In this document: in pieces, positions 8,725 to 17,443 of the stretch | Layout of the letters: each line of letters starts with the position of its first letter | Numbering within the stretch: position 1 is the stretch's first letter | DNA from: Escherichia coli | GTDB lineage: Bacteria; Pseudomonadota; Gammaproteobacteria; Enterobacterales; Enterobacteriaceae | Reading direction: 5' to 3' (one strand) | NCBI RefSeq assembly: GCF_013315695.1 | Contig: NZ_CP054353.1 | DNA: 64,000 nt | Program-made: the position numbers and the translations under genes | The notes under the pieces: generated by a model | What the model was told of the DNA's origin: nothing | Databases searched by the model: none | The model's input: only the letters and a program-made list of their open reading frames with translations

Positions 8725-9736
8725 AAAGGTGAAAACCGGCAGTTCATCCAGTAAGTCTGTATTGACCTGGCTTGCTGATATGTGCGGTGCCGATTTGTGT
8801 GCATACCCGTCTGTATCTGCACTGGCAGAAGTAACGGAACTAAACAAAAAGACTGTGCAGGACAGCTTACGACACCTGATGGAGATTGGGTTAATTGTTG
8901 ATACCGGTGAGAGAAAAGGCAGAACAAAGCAAATTGTGGTGTACCGACTTATCGGTGTAGAAGAAAGTGTTGCCGAGCCTGAATACACCCAAAAACGGGA
9001 GTCTTTAAAGGTGGGTAAAATTGGTGCTGTTAATAAAAACAGTACCGAAAATGGTTATGTTTCAGCACAAAACAGACCCAAAAACGGAACTCTTAGCTGC
9101 ATGGAAAATAACCAAAGACACCCAAATTTTCCATCAAAGACACCCAAAAACGGATCACGGAACCCAAAGGAACCCAAAGATCTAAACCCCACACATAACG
9201 CACGCGAGAGTGCTCCGACCAGTGAGCAGGAAGTTTTGTCGTTACAGGCAGCACCCCTTGTATTCCTGGATGGCCTGAGCGAACCCATCGGAAAATTTCC
9301 GATGACCGATAGCTGGTATCCGTCACGGGATTTTCGACGACGGGCTGCGTTGTGGGGGATGGCTTTGCCGGAGACAGAATTTACACCTGCTGAACTTGCC
9401 GCCTTCCGGGACTACTGGGCAGCGGAGGGGAAAGTGTTTACGCAGATTCAGTGGGAGCAGAAATTCGCCCGTCACGTAAATCACGTCAGGGCGCAGGTTA
9501 AACCAGTCAGCAAGGGGGTAAACCATGCAGCAGCACCAGGTGGCACCGCATCACGGGCAGTTCAGGAAATTCGGGCAGCACGTGAGCAGTGGGAACGTGA
9601 AAACGGATTTATCAGCGACGGAAACGGTCTGGAAGCTGTGGGAACTCATGGGGGAGGTTTATTCGAACCGCTGGACCCAGAAGAACGGGGCCGCACCTTC
9701 GAAGCTCTGGATTGCACAGATTGGCGCGATGACTGA
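8696..9736 (+). CDS. Replication initiator, O-like, with winged-helix N-terminus and DnaT-like C-terminal domain
   Basis: MSIDALRWAKKVKTGSSSSKSVLTWLADMCGADLCAYPSVSALAEVTELNKKTVQDSLRHLMEIGLIV...; C-terminal ...ALWGMALPETEFTPAELAAFRDYWAAEGKVFTQIQWEQKFARH resembles DnaT C-terminus; RBS AGGGG. Confidence 0.7.
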   Translation: MSIDALRWAKKVKTGSSSSKSVLTWLADMCGADLCAYPSVSALAEVTELNKKTVQDSLRHLMEIGLIVDTGERKGRTKQIVVYRLIGVEESVAEPEYTQKRESLKVGKIGAVNKNSTENGYVSAQNRPKNGTLSCMENNQRHPNFPSKTPKNGSRNPKEPKDLNPTHNARESAPTSEQEVLSLQAAPLVFLDGLSEPIGKFPMTDSWYPSRDFRRRAALWGMALPETEFTPAELAAFRDYWAAEGKVFTQIQWEQKFARHVNHVRAQVKPVSKGVNHAAAPGGTASRAVQEIRAAREQWERENGFISDGNGLEAVGTHGGGLFEPLDPEERGRTFEALDCTDWRDD

Positions 9737-10190
9737 GCAGCAAATCCGACAGGTCTGCCGCCAGTGCATGGACCGCTGCCGGGCGGGTGAAACATGGCCT
9801 CCGGACCTGGCTGAGTTTGTGGCGCTGATTTCAGAAAGCGGGGCCAATCCATTTGGCCTGACGGTGGATGCTGTGATGGAGGAGTACCGCCGCTGGCGTG
9901 ATGAGTCCTGGCGATATGACGGAAGCGACAAATATCCGTGGCCTCAGCCTGTGCTGTACCACATCTGCCTCGAAATGCGTACCAGAGGGATTGAGCGCCA
10001 GATGACGCAGGGTGAGTTAAAACGACTTGCGGAACGGCAACTGACGAAATGGGCAAAGCATGTTGGTAACGGGATGAGTGTTCCGCCAGTGCGACGACAA
10101 CTGGAAGGGGCGAAACACCCGCAAGGGCCAACGCCAATTGAACGGCTGAAACAGGAATACGAACGCCGGAAGGCAGCTGGTTTTATTTGA
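9525..10190 (+). CDS. Replication protein P-like, 221 aa; start uncertain
   Basis: Strong RBS AAGGGGG before the 9525 ATG; region ...YPWPQPVLYHICLEMRTRGIERQMTQGELKRLAERQ... resembles the lambda P N-terminal domain; overlaps the O-like ORF by 211 nt in another frame. Confidence 0.6.
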   Translation: MQQHQVAPHHGQFRKFGQHVSSGNVKTDLSATETVWKLWELMGEVYSNRWTQKNGAAPSKLWIAQIGAMTEQQIRQVCRQCMDRCRAGETWPPDLAEFVALISESGANPFGLTVDAVMEEYRRWRDESWRYDGSDKYPWPQPVLYHICLEMRTRGIERQMTQGELKRLAERQLTKWAKHVGNGMSVPPVRRQLEGAKHPQGPTPIERLKQEYERRKAAGFI

Positions 10191-10223
10191 ATCTGAGAAA
10201 CGATTTTGTCGGAGGAAATTTTA

Positions 10224-10994
10224 ATGGAAACCGTATTTGACGCACTGAAAGCAATGGGAAAAGCCACATCGGTAGAACTGGCCGCGCGACTTGATATCAG
10301 TCGTGAAGAGGTTCTCAACGAGCTGTGGGAACTCAAAAGAAAAGGCGTCGTTGATAAAACTGGTCACACCTGGTTTCTGGCTGGCGAAGGTGAATCCCGG
10401 GTAACCGAAGAGCGGCCAGTAAAATCTGAAGCACAGGATATGCTGACCGGGGAGGTCGAACAAAAAGTTACCGCAGACATGATGATTGAGTTTATCGGTC
10501 AGGATGGGGCTAAAACGTGTGAGGAACTGGCGGGTAAGTTCGGTGTCAGTACTCGCAAGGTTGCTTCCACGCTGGCGGTGGTAACCGCAACGGGGCGGCT
10601 GGCACGCGTTAATCAGAACGGTAAATTTCGTTACTGCATGCCGGGCGATAATTTACCAGCAGAGCCGAAAGCCGCGCTGGTAACGGAAAGTGATGGTAAG
10701 GCCTTTCCTCAGCCAGCAGGTGCTGCGTTACCAGTCCGGGAAGCCGCAACACAGGAAGAAATTAAAACAGAAACTGTGGCGGACATTGTGCAGCCGTTGC
10801 CATCGTTTACCGAAACGCAAGCAGATGAGCTGATTTTTCCGTCCCTTCGCAGGGCAAACCTGGCGCTGCGCAGGGCGAAAAGTGATGTTCAGAAGTGGGA
10901 GCGAGTCTGCGCCGCGCTGCGGGAGCTGAACAAGCACCGGGATATTGTTCGACAGATTACTGATTCTTCCCGCCGTGTTGTATCGGAAAAGTGA
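10224..10994 (+). CDS. DUF1627-like protein with two winged-helix-like repeats
   Basis: RBS GGAGG 8 nt before [50 protein letters not shown]... Confidence 0.6.
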   Translation: METVFDALKAMGKATSVELAARLDISREEVLNELWELKRKGVVDKTGHTWFLAGEGESRVTEERPVKSEAQDMLTGEVEQKVTADMMIEFIGQDGAKTCEELAGKFGVSTRKVASTLAVVTATGRLARVNQNGKFRYCMPGDNLPAEPKAALVTESDGKAFPQPAGAALPVREAATQEEIKTETVADIVQPLPSFTETQADELIFPSLRRANLALRRAKSDVQKWERVCAALRELNKHRDIVRQITDSSRRVVSEK

Positions 10995-11009
10995 TTGCCG
11001 GAGGCGCTT

Positions 11010-11402
11010 ATGGCAAAAGTATTTACACCAGAAGAGCGGGAAGAAGTGAAGGCGCGCATTGTGGAATTCGTGCGCCTGAGCGGACGAGAAACTTTTCGAC
11101 AACTGGCAGATAAAACGGGTGTCAGTAAGACCGCTATTCGTCGTTTATCTGGTGCGCTTGCGGCCAGTGGTGATGTCTGGCTCTCTGGTTGCGGGGTATT
11201 TCCATCAGAGCAGGCGTATCGCGTATGGCGTAAGACACCGGAGAAGGCTGCTGACCCGACACTGATTCGAAAGTTACCTGACGGAGAAATACGTCGTTAC
11301 AACAGACGGCAGAACATAATTTGTCGTGAGTGCCGCCAGAGCGAAGTTATGCAGCGTGTGCTGGCGTTCTATCGGGGAAACTTTCAGGAGGTGATGGAGT
11401 GA
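11010..11402 (+). CDS. Hypothetical phage protein, 130 aa
   Basis: RBS GGAGG 6 nt before ATG; MAKVFTPEEREEVKARIVEFVRLSGRETFRQLADKTGVSKTAIRRL... Confidence 0.55.
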   Translation: MAKVFTPEEREEVKARIVEFVRLSGRETFRQLADKTGVSKTAIRRLSGALAASGDVWLSGCGVFPSEQAYRVWRKTPEKAADPTLIRKLPDGEIRRYNRRQNIICRECRQSEVMQRVLAFYRGNFQEVME

Positions 11403-11695
11403 GGGTCAGAGTTTATATTGCCGGTCCAATGACGGGATATGAAAATTTCAACCGTGAGGCGTTTCACAAGGCGGAAGAGGAACTGAAACGGGAAGGGCAT
11501 ACCGTCTTAAACCCGGCAGTACTTCCGGACGGGCTGACACAGCCGCACTACATGGATATTTGCATGGCAATGATTCGTTGTGTGGATGCGATTTACATGC
11601 TGAATGGCTGGCAGCGGTCAGCGGGCGCTAAGGCAGAGCTGGCACTGGCGGAGAAACTGGGGCATGCAGTGATTTATCAGGAGGTGGCTCAATGA
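11399..11695 (+). CDS. DUF4406-like protein (nucleoside 2-deoxyribosyltransferase-like fold), GTG start
   Basis: RBS AGGAGGT then GTG; VRVRVYIAGPMTGYENFNREAFHKAEEELKREGHTVLNPA... Confidence 0.6.
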   Translation: MRVRVYIAGPMTGYENFNREAFHKAEEELKREGHTVLNPAVLPDGLTQPHYMDICMAMIRCVDAIYMLNGWQRSAGAKAELALAEKLGHAVIYQEVAQ

Positions 11696-12153
11696 GAGAG
11701 GTTAACTATGAGGCGCTTCGTGAGGCAGCACAAAACTATCAGTCGACGCTGGCGTGGTATCAGGCTATTCCGGACAGCCCAAATGCTGAACGGGATTGTG
11801 ATGCGGCTCTTGCTGCGTTTAAGCGTCACATCCGTCATCGGGAAGCGGATATTATCGCTGATTTGCTGGATGGACTGGAAGAAGCAAAATCACAACTCAA
11901 CGAGCAGCGTGAGTATTACGAAGGCGTTATCTCTGATGGGAGCAAGCGTATTGCTGAACTGGAAGCGCGGGAAGTTCAATTACCGACTCGCTACGACCTT
12001 CGATATGGACACCCGATAAATGCAGATGAGCGACATGTCATGATACCTAAAGAAAATGGCAGTTGGCTTTACCTGATTGACTTAGAACACGCATTACGCG
12101 TCGCTGGCATTCGCATCAAAGGAGAGGAGCATGGAAATAAAACCAGAGGATGA
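11692..12153 (+). CDS. Ead/Ea22-like protein, 153 aa
   Basis: RBS AGGAGG; N-terminus MREVNYEALREAAQNYQ... typical of Ead/Ea22-family early proteins. Confidence 0.6.
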   Translation: MREVNYEALREAAQNYQSTLAWYQAIPDSPNAERDCDAALAAFKRHIRHREADIIADLLDGLEEAKSQLNEQREYYEGVISDGSKRIAELEAREVQLPTRYDLRYGHPINADERHVMIPKENGSWLYLIDLEHALRVAGIRIKGEEHGNKTRG

Positions 12154-12487
12154 GTTAAGCAATATCGTTTTATTTCCGGTAAAAGAGGATGACCCTCGTA
12201 ATCAGGTTAATTTTCTTTATGAGCCATCGGAAAGACCATATTGTCATCACGCCTCTGTTCGGGTTGACGAAAAAGAGCGTCAGGTCCGCTGTAAAATCTG
12301 CGGTGCAGTTGTGGAGCCATTTGACTGGATGCTCTCTGTGGCGAAAAGAGAAACCAGACTGGCAGATGATGTAAGGCTCTTGCGTCAGGAGGAGCGGGAA
12401 AGGCGAAAAAATATAGAAAAGCTAATTCAGATTGAGCGTAACGCGAAAGCGCGGATACGCAGGGCGACAAAATCCAGAACTGAATAA
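12131..12487 (+). CDS. Hypothetical protein with CHH...CxxC motif and basic C-terminus
   Basis: RBS GGAGAGGAG before ATG; 118 aa. Confidence 0.5.
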   Translation: MEIKPEDELSNIVLFPVKEDDPRNQVNFLYEPSERPYCHHASVRVDEKERQVRCKICGAVVEPFDWMLSVAKRETRLADDVRLLRQEERERRKNIEKLIQIERNAKARIRRATKSRTE

Positions 12488-12580
12488 TTAAATTTAGCTC
12501 TGTTAAAAATTTAATCCTTAACCGGAGGGATTTCTGCACCCTCAGAACATCAGGAGGCCGCCCGAAAGGGCGGTAGTTAA

Positions 12581-12763
12581 ATGCGAAAGTTTAAAATAAT
12601 TATTGAAACGGGAATAGCCGGTGGAGATTTCGAGGATGAATTCGAAGTGGATGATGATGCGACGCCTGATGAAATACATGACGAAGCAAAAGATATTTTC
12701 TTTAACTACTGCAATTACTCATATCACGAAATAAAAGACGAAGAGGAAGAGCAAAATGGCTGA
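12581..12763 (+). CDS. Small highly acidic protein, 60 aa
   Basis: MRKFKIIIETGIAGGDFEDEFEVDDDATPDEIHDEAKDIFFNYCNYSYHEIKDEEEEQNG; stop overlaps the next start. Confidence 0.5.
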   Translation: MRKFKIIIETGIAGGDFEDEFEVDDDATPDEIHDEAKDIFFNYCNYSYHEIKDEEEEQNG

Positions 12764-12932
12764 TTTTGGTTCAACTAAATACAACGTCAGTTTTGAAGCA
12801 TGGCATGAACTGTTAATGGACTATGCAGAGTTACGTGGTGGCAGTGCTGCTGATGCTGAAGCATGGCGTGATGATTATGAAGCAGGAAAAACTCCGGTCG
12901 AAGCATATTGTGATGAGTGGGGCGATGAATGA
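12756..12932 (+). CDS. Small acidic protein, 58 aa (below the ORF-track cutoff)
   Basis: MADFGSTKYNVSFEAWHELLMDYAELRGGSAADAEAWRDDYEAGKTPVEAYCDEWGDE; start overlaps upstream stop, stop overlaps downstream start. Confidence 0.45.
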   Translation: MADFGSTKYNVSFEAWHELLMDYAELRGGSAADAEAWRDDYEAGKTPVEAYCDEWGDE

Positions 12933-13444
12933 GCGAGATTAATTATCAGGAAGGGCATGAAACGGCAGGGCAGGCAAAACCAGTTGCATGGCGATATCGC
13001 TACGTGAAAAAAGACGTTACAGACTTTCAGGGGAAGCCGTGGGCTGGTGACTGGAAATATGTACCGACAAAAGAGGATTGTAACGACAGGCCGAACTATG
13101 AAATTCAGGCCTTATTCATCGGCCCGCCAGTCCCGGTGACATCAGAAGGACTGGTTAAAGCCGTGCGCTTTTATGAACAGGTAAAGCGTGAGAATCCGCC
13201 AGTCGAAACAGGAGCATGGAAGGATGCTGTTGACTGGGTGCTCAGAGAGGCCTGCTGCGCTGCCATTCTGGGTAAAGCCGACAATCCACCAGCATCCGGC
13301 AATCAGGTTAGCGAATTAACAATGTGGGTTAAACGACTGGTCAGTCAACTGAAAAAAGCTCAGCCGGACTGCAAATTACCGGAGAAGGCGATGGATTACC
13401 TGAAACGAAATGGACTGATAAGCGTGGAGGATGTTTTACGATGA
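12929..13444 (+). CDS. Hypothetical protein, 171 aa
   Basis: MSEINYQEGHETAGQAKPVAWRYRYVKK...; translationally coupled to the upstream small ORF. Confidence 0.55.
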   Translation: MSEINYQEGHETAGQAKPVAWRYRYVKKDVTDFQGKPWAGDWKYVPTKEDCNDRPNYEIQALFIGPPVPVTSEGLVKAVRFYEQVKRENPPVETGAWKDAVDWVLREACCAAILGKADNPPASGNQVSELTMWVKRLVSQLKKAQPDCKLPEKAMDYLKRNGLISVEDVLR

Positions 13445-13564
13445 ATATTTAGACTAAAGAGTTTGTAACGCTATGTAAGTGATTTTTTCTGGTTTAGATA
13501 TTTATATGTCCGGCCAAATTGAGGTGTGTTTAAATGTTATTGCACATTGATTGTAGGGGGAATA

Positions 13565-13744
13565 ATGAAAAACGCATTGCAGTTTTTGTTTGTTGCGTTC
13601 TGGTTGTTCGCATCATGTATGCCCATCATCTTCACAGCAAGGTATATGGAAAAAATTGATGTTTTGATATTAATGTTTGGACATATAAATGCCCTTTTTT
13701 TAGGGGTGTTCATGGCGGTCATGTGCATTGAATACTGGCGGTAA
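13565..13744 (+). CDS. Small hydrophobic membrane protein, 59 aa
   Basis: RBS GGGGG then ATG; MKNALQFLFVAFWLFASCMPIIFTARYMEKIDVLILMFGHINALFLGVFMAVMCIEYWR; AT-rich flanks. Confidence 0.45.
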   Translation: MKNALQFLFVAFWLFASCMPIIFTARYMEKIDVLILMFGHINALFLGVFMAVMCIEYWR

Positions 13745-13889
13745 ATACAGCGAACGCCATTGGTTTAGTTGGATATTTACTGTGCCGGACAAAAACGGTT
13801 TGCGGGGAAATCTTAGTTAAGTAGAATAACTGCGGGTGCTTGAGGCTATCTGTCTCAGGCATGAACACCAAAAGGCAGATAGAGAAAAG

Positions 13890-13953
13890 CCCCAGTTAAC
13901 ATTACGCGTCCTGCAAGACGCTTAACATTAATCTGAGGCCATATCTATGCGAC
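13890..13953 (-). ncRNA. Putative Sok-like antisense RNA of the hok locus (extent approximate)
   Basis: Reverse-strand promoter TTGACC, 18 nt, TAATCT (-35 at 13984-13989, -10 at 13960-13965) pointing across the mok-like start; 3' end not defined. Confidence 0.3.
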
Positions 13954-14006
13954 ACATAGAGATTAGCCTCTTACGGACCGAAAGGTCAAGGAGAAGCAGG
14001 CTATGA
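13947..14006 (+). CDS. mok-like leader ORF (19 codons) translationally coupled to hok
   Basis: ATG CGA CAC ... CTA TGA; its stop overlaps the hok ATG (cTATGAag). Confidence 0.35.
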   Translation: MRHIEISLLRTERSRRSRL

Positions 14007-14158
14007 AGCAGCAAAAGGCGATGTTAATCGCCCTGATCGTCATCTGTTTAACCGTCATAGTGACGGCACTGGTAACGAGGAAAGACCTCTGCGAGGTACG
14101 AATCCGAACCGGCCAGACGGAGGTCGCTGTCTTCACAGCTTACGAACCTGAGGAGTAA
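14003..14158 (+). CDS. hokD: Hok/Gef-family type I toxin, 51 aa (HokD/RelF-like)
   Basis: MKQQKAMLIALIVICLTVIVTALVTRKDLCEVRIRTGQTEVAVFTAYEPEE; RBS AAGGAG. Confidence 0.9.
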   Translation: MKQQKAMLIALIVICLTVIVTALVTRKDLCEVRIRTGQTEVAVFTAYEPEE

Positions 14159-14228
14159 GAGACCCGGCGAGGGAGAAATCCCTCGCCACCTCTGATGTGG
14201 CAGGCATTCTCAACGCACCCGCACTTAA

Positions 14229-14258
14229 CCCGCTTCGGCGGGTTTTTGTTTTTATTTT
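14229..14258 (+). terminator. Intrinsic terminator at the hok mRNA 3' end
   Basis: cccgcttcggcggg hairpin followed by tttttgtttttatttt. Confidence 0.7.
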
Positions 14259-14374
14259 CAACGCATTTGAAGTTCTGGACGGTGCCGGAATAGAATCAAA
14301 AATACTTAAGTAGCGCGCAGGGATAAGAGGGATGGTCCCTTAAAGGGGAGAGCTAATTATCCGGAAGGATTCTG

Positions 14375-14626
14375 ATGATGAACATCGAAGAACTGCGTAA
14401 AATTTTTTGTGAAGATGGCCTCTATGCTGTGTGCGTTGAAAATGGAAATATTGTTAGTCATTACCGCATTGTGTGTTTGCAAAAAAATGGGGCTGCGTTA
14501 ATTAATTTTGTGGATGCCCGAGTGACGGACGGATTTATCTTGCGCGACGGTGAGTTTGTCACTTCATTACAGGTATTGAAAGAGATCGGAATAAAAGCTG
14601 GCTTTTCTGCTTTTTCAGAAGAATAA
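14375..14626 (+). CDS. rem: Rem-like protein, 83 aa
   Basis: MMNIEELRKIFCEDGLYAVCVENGNIVSHYRIVCLQKNGAALINF...; same hok-rem-ydfU order as recalled for Qin. Confidence 0.65.
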   Translation: MMNIEELRKIFCEDGLYAVCVENGNIVSHYRIVCLQKNGAALINFVDARVTDGFILRDGEFVTSLQVLKEIGIKAGFSAFSEE

Positions 14627-14692
14627 ACTCATCTACAATCTTGCGCGGGGCTGAACTCCCGCTGAGTAACACCGTGCCACCGGAGAAAACCG

Positions 14693-14971
14693 ATGGCACG
14701 CAACGCAAAATATTACAAACATGATAATTCGACCGTTCTTGCCCACACGCACGAGCGGTATTCTCACGCATTTAAGTCAGACTGGTACCAGCATCCCCCA
14801 TGCACTGAAGAACAGGCCGAATGGCTCATTCAGTGTTACCGCAGGCGCGGATGCGAGGTTAAAAAAGCCCTTAGCCTCGACTACCGTCACTGGATAATCT
14901 CCGTCAGGCTTCCTTACTCCGAACGCCCACCGCGTCTGTCCCGCACATTCCAGCAACGCATCTGGAGGTAA
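14693..14971 (+). CDS. Hypothetical protein, 92 aa
   Basis: RBS GGAG; MARNAKYYKHDNSTVLAHTHERYSHAFKSDWYQHPPCTEEQAEW...; ends 1 nt before the ydfU-like GTG. Confidence 0.45.
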   Translation: MARNAKYYKHDNSTVLAHTHERYSHAFKSDWYQHPPCTEEQAEWLIQCYRRRGCEVKKALSLDYRHWIISVRLPYSERPPRLSRTFQQRIWR

Positions 14972-14972
14972 C

Positions 14973-16019
14973 GTGCGGGTATTACTTCGACCTGTTCTGG
15001 TACCGGAACTCGGGCTGGTGATCGTTAAGCCGGGCAGTGAATCCATGCCGGTATTCCACAATACCCGGGTACTGGTGGAGCCGGAACCGAAAAGCATGCG
15101 TAATCTGCCGTCCGGGGTCGTTCCTGCCGTTCGCCAGCCGCTGGCGGAGGATAAATCATTACTGCCATTTTTCAGCGACGAACGAGTGATTCGTGCTGCT
15201 GGTGGCGCTGGCGCATTGTCTGACTGGTTACTGCGCCATGTTAAATCCTGCCAGTGGCCACACGGCGATTATCACCACAGTGAAACCGTCATTCACCGTT
15301 ATGGTACCGGCGCAATGGTGTTGTGCTGGCACTGCGACAACCAGCTGCGCGACCAGACCTCCGAATCACTCGGGCAACTTGCTCACCAAAACCTGTCTGC
15401 ATGGATGATTGACGTCATACGCCATGCAATGAATGGCTCGCAGGAACGGGAATTATCGCTGGCTGAATTATCCTGGTGGGCGGTCCGCAATCAGGTGGCG
15501 GACGCGCTACCGGAAGCGGTATTACGTCGTTCGCTGGGGTTGCGTGCGGAAAAAATCCGCTCAATGTACCGTGAAAGCGACATCGTACCGGGAGAGCAGA
15601 CCGCCACCAGCATACTGAAGCAGCGCACAAAAAATCTTGCGCCGCTGCCTCACGCCCACCAGCAAAACCCGCCACAGGAAGAGACGGTGGTCAGCATTGC
15701 CGTTGATCCTGAGTCTCCGGAATCTTTCATGAAACGACCTAAACGTCGCCGCTGGGTTAACGAGAAATACACACGCTGGGTGAAGACACAGCCGTGTGCG
15801 TGTTGTGGTAAGCCAGCCGACGATCCCCATCACCTGATTGGTCATGGTCAGGGCGGAATGGGGACAAAATCTCACGATATTTTCACGCTACCGCTGTGTC
15901 GGGAGCATCACAACGAGCTTCATGCGGATCCTCTGGCGTTCGAAGAAAAGCATGGTTCTCAGGTTGATTTAATTTTTCGTTTTCTTGATCACGCCTTTGC
16001 AACTGGCGTGCTTGGGTAA
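14973..16019 (+). CDS. ydfU: YdfU-like DUF968 protein, 348 aa
   Basis: C-terminal KTQPCACCGKPADDPHHLIGHGQGG...LPLCREHHNELH motif cluster; GTG start. Confidence 0.7.
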   Translation: MRVLLRPVLVPELGLVIVKPGSESMPVFHNTRVLVEPEPKSMRNLPSGVVPAVRQPLAEDKSLLPFFSDERVIRAAGGAGALSDWLLRHVKSCQWPHGDYHHSETVIHRYGTGAMVLCWHCDNQLRDQTSESLGQLAHQNLSAWMIDVIRHAMNGSQERELSLAELSWWAVRNQVADALPEAVLRRSLGLRAEKIRSMYRESDIVPGEQTATSILKQRTKNLAPLPHAHQQNPPQEETVVSIAVDPESPESFMKRPKRRRWVNEKYTRWVKTQPCACCGKPADDPHHLIGHGQGGMGTKSHDIFTLPLCREHHNELHADPLAFEEKHGSQVDLIFRFLDHAFATGVLG

Positions 16020-16031
16020 AAGAGGTGACTG

Positions 16032-16406
16032 ATGCTCATAGATTTGGTTTTACCTTACCCGCCGACGGTGAACACTTACTGGCGACGCCGTGGCAGCACA
16101 TATTTTATCTCGGAGGAGGGAAAGCGTTATCGCCGGGCTGTGGCGCTTATTGTTCGCCAGCAGCGGCTGAAATTAAGCCTGTCCGGAAGGCTGGCGATAA
16201 AGGTGATTGCAGAGCCACCGGATAAGCGTCGTCGCGACCTGGACAATATCCTGAAAGCACCGCTGGATGCGCTGACGCATGCGGGAGTGTTAATGGACGA
16301 TGAGCAGTTTGATGAAATCAATATCGTTCGTGGTCAGCCAGTATCTGGTGGACGTCTGGGGGTGAAGATTTACCCCATAATGCATGAAGAGCAGGTCAAA
16401 AAATGA
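16032..16406 (+). CDS. rusA: Holliday-junction resolvase RusA
   Basis: MLIDLVLPYPPTVNTYWRRRG...DKRRRDLDNILKAPLDALTHAGVLMDDEQ. Confidence 0.85.
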   Translation: MLIDLVLPYPPTVNTYWRRRGSTYFISEEGKRYRRAVALIVRQQRLKLSLSGRLAIKVIAEPPDKRRRDLDNILKAPLDALTHAGVLMDDEQFDEINIVRGQPVSGGRLGVKIYPIMHEEQVKK

Positions 16407-17224
16407 AACTGGAAGATTTACCGAAATACTACTCCCCAAAATCCCCTGGCCTGACCGATGCATCGGCCTCAACGTCAAAAGATGCGCTGAGTATCACTGA
16501 TGTGATGGCCGCGCAGGGCATGACACAGAATCGGGCTGAGATGGGTTTTTCTGCGTTCCTGGGGAAAATGGGCATCAGTATGAATGACAGGGTGCGGGCA
16601 ACAGAATTACTGGCAGATTATGCACTCAGTCGGTGCGATCGTGTGGCGGCGTTGAGAAAACTTCCGGCAGAAATAAAACCGGTAGTGATGCGCATTATGG
16701 CTTCGTACGCTTTTGAGGATTATGCCCGCAGCGCAGCGAGTAAAAAGCAGTGCCCTTGTTGCTATGGGGAAAAATTTATTGAAAGCATAGTTTTTACAAA
16801 CAAGGTCCAGTATCCGGATGGTAAGCCGCCGGTATGGGCAAAGTGTACGAAAGGTGTGTATCCGTCTTACTGGGAAGAATGGAAAAAAGTCAGGGAGGTG
16901 GTAAAAGTTGCCTGTCCGGAGTGTGGCGGAAAGGGTGAGGTTTCCACCGCCTGTAAGGATTGCCGTGGGCGTGGTGTCGCCATTCACCGTGAAGAGTCGG
17001 TAAAACGTGGTATGCCTGTTATCAGAGACTGCCAGCGTTGTGGTGGTCGTGGCTATGAAAGACTACCATCAACGGAGGCATTTAATGCTATATGCGAGGT
17101 GACAAACCAGATAACACGCGCGTCATGGGAAAAAACAGTTAAGAAATTCTATGATGCGCTGGTGACCCGGTTTGATATTGAAGAAGCATGGGCTGAGCGG
17201 CAGTTAAAAAAGGTAACTAGGTAA
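16403..17224 (+). CDS. Late-gene antiterminator Q (QuuQ-like, zinc-finger type)
   Basis: MKLEDLPKYYSPKSPGLTD...; multiple CxxC pairs (CPCCYG, CPECGG, CKDCRG, CQRCGG); overlaps rusA stop. Confidence 0.75.
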   Translation: MKLEDLPKYYSPKSPGLTDASASTSKDALSITDVMAAQGMTQNRAEMGFSAFLGKMGISMNDRVRATELLADYALSRCDRVAALRKLPAEIKPVVMRIMASYAFEDYARSAASKKQCPCCYGEKFIESIVFTNKVQYPDGKPPVWAKCTKGVYPSYWEEWKKVREVVKVACPECGGKGEVSTACKDCRGRGVAIHREESVKRGMPVIRDCQRCGGRGYERLPSTEAFNAICEVTNQITRASWEKTVKKFYDALVTRFDIEEAWAERQLKKVTR

Positions 17225-17229
17225 CAAGG

Positions 17230-17257
17230 TTGATTTTTCCGGAATCTGTGGTAAATT
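17230..17257 (+). promoter_or_regulatory. Late promoter pR'-like
   Basis: TTGATT, 16 nt, TAAATT immediately downstream of Q, same -10 hexamer as lambda pR'. Confidence 0.6.
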
Positions 17258-17306
17258 CGTCATAACGATGGGCCTTTTATGCCTGACGTTAGAAGAGTTT
17301 CTACAA

Positions 17307-17331
17307 CCCGCCGCCGAGCGGGTTTTTTATT
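17307..17331 (+). terminator. tR'-like intrinsic terminator
   Basis: cccgccgccgagcggg hairpin followed by ttttttatt about 45 nt downstream of the putative late start. Confidence 0.65.
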
Positions 17332-17367
17332 GCGGAATTAATTACGGACCGTTATTATTCTGCTCCC

Positions 17368-17443
17368 GGCCCTTTAGCTCAGTGGTGAGAGCGAGCGACT
17401 CATAATCGCCAGGTCGCTGGTTCAAATCCAGCAAGGGCCACCA
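17368..17443 (+). tRNA. ileZ: Prophage tRNA with CAU anticodon, Ile2 (lysidine) type, ileZ-like
   Basis: GGCCCTTTAGCTCAGTGGTGAGAGCGAGCGACTCATAATCGCCAGGTCGCTGGTTCAAATCCAGCAAGGGCCACCA; close to host ileX in sequence. Confidence 0.85.

Noticed and set aside
9646-10137. 163-aa reverse-strand ORF across the P-like gene
   Set aside because: Antisense artefact in a GC-rich coding region; Ser/Pro/Ala-rich translation.
15415-15875. Reverse-strand ORFs of 86-104 aa inside the ydfU-like gene
   Set aside because: Antisense to a gene with a clear conserved C-terminal Cys/His motif cluster.
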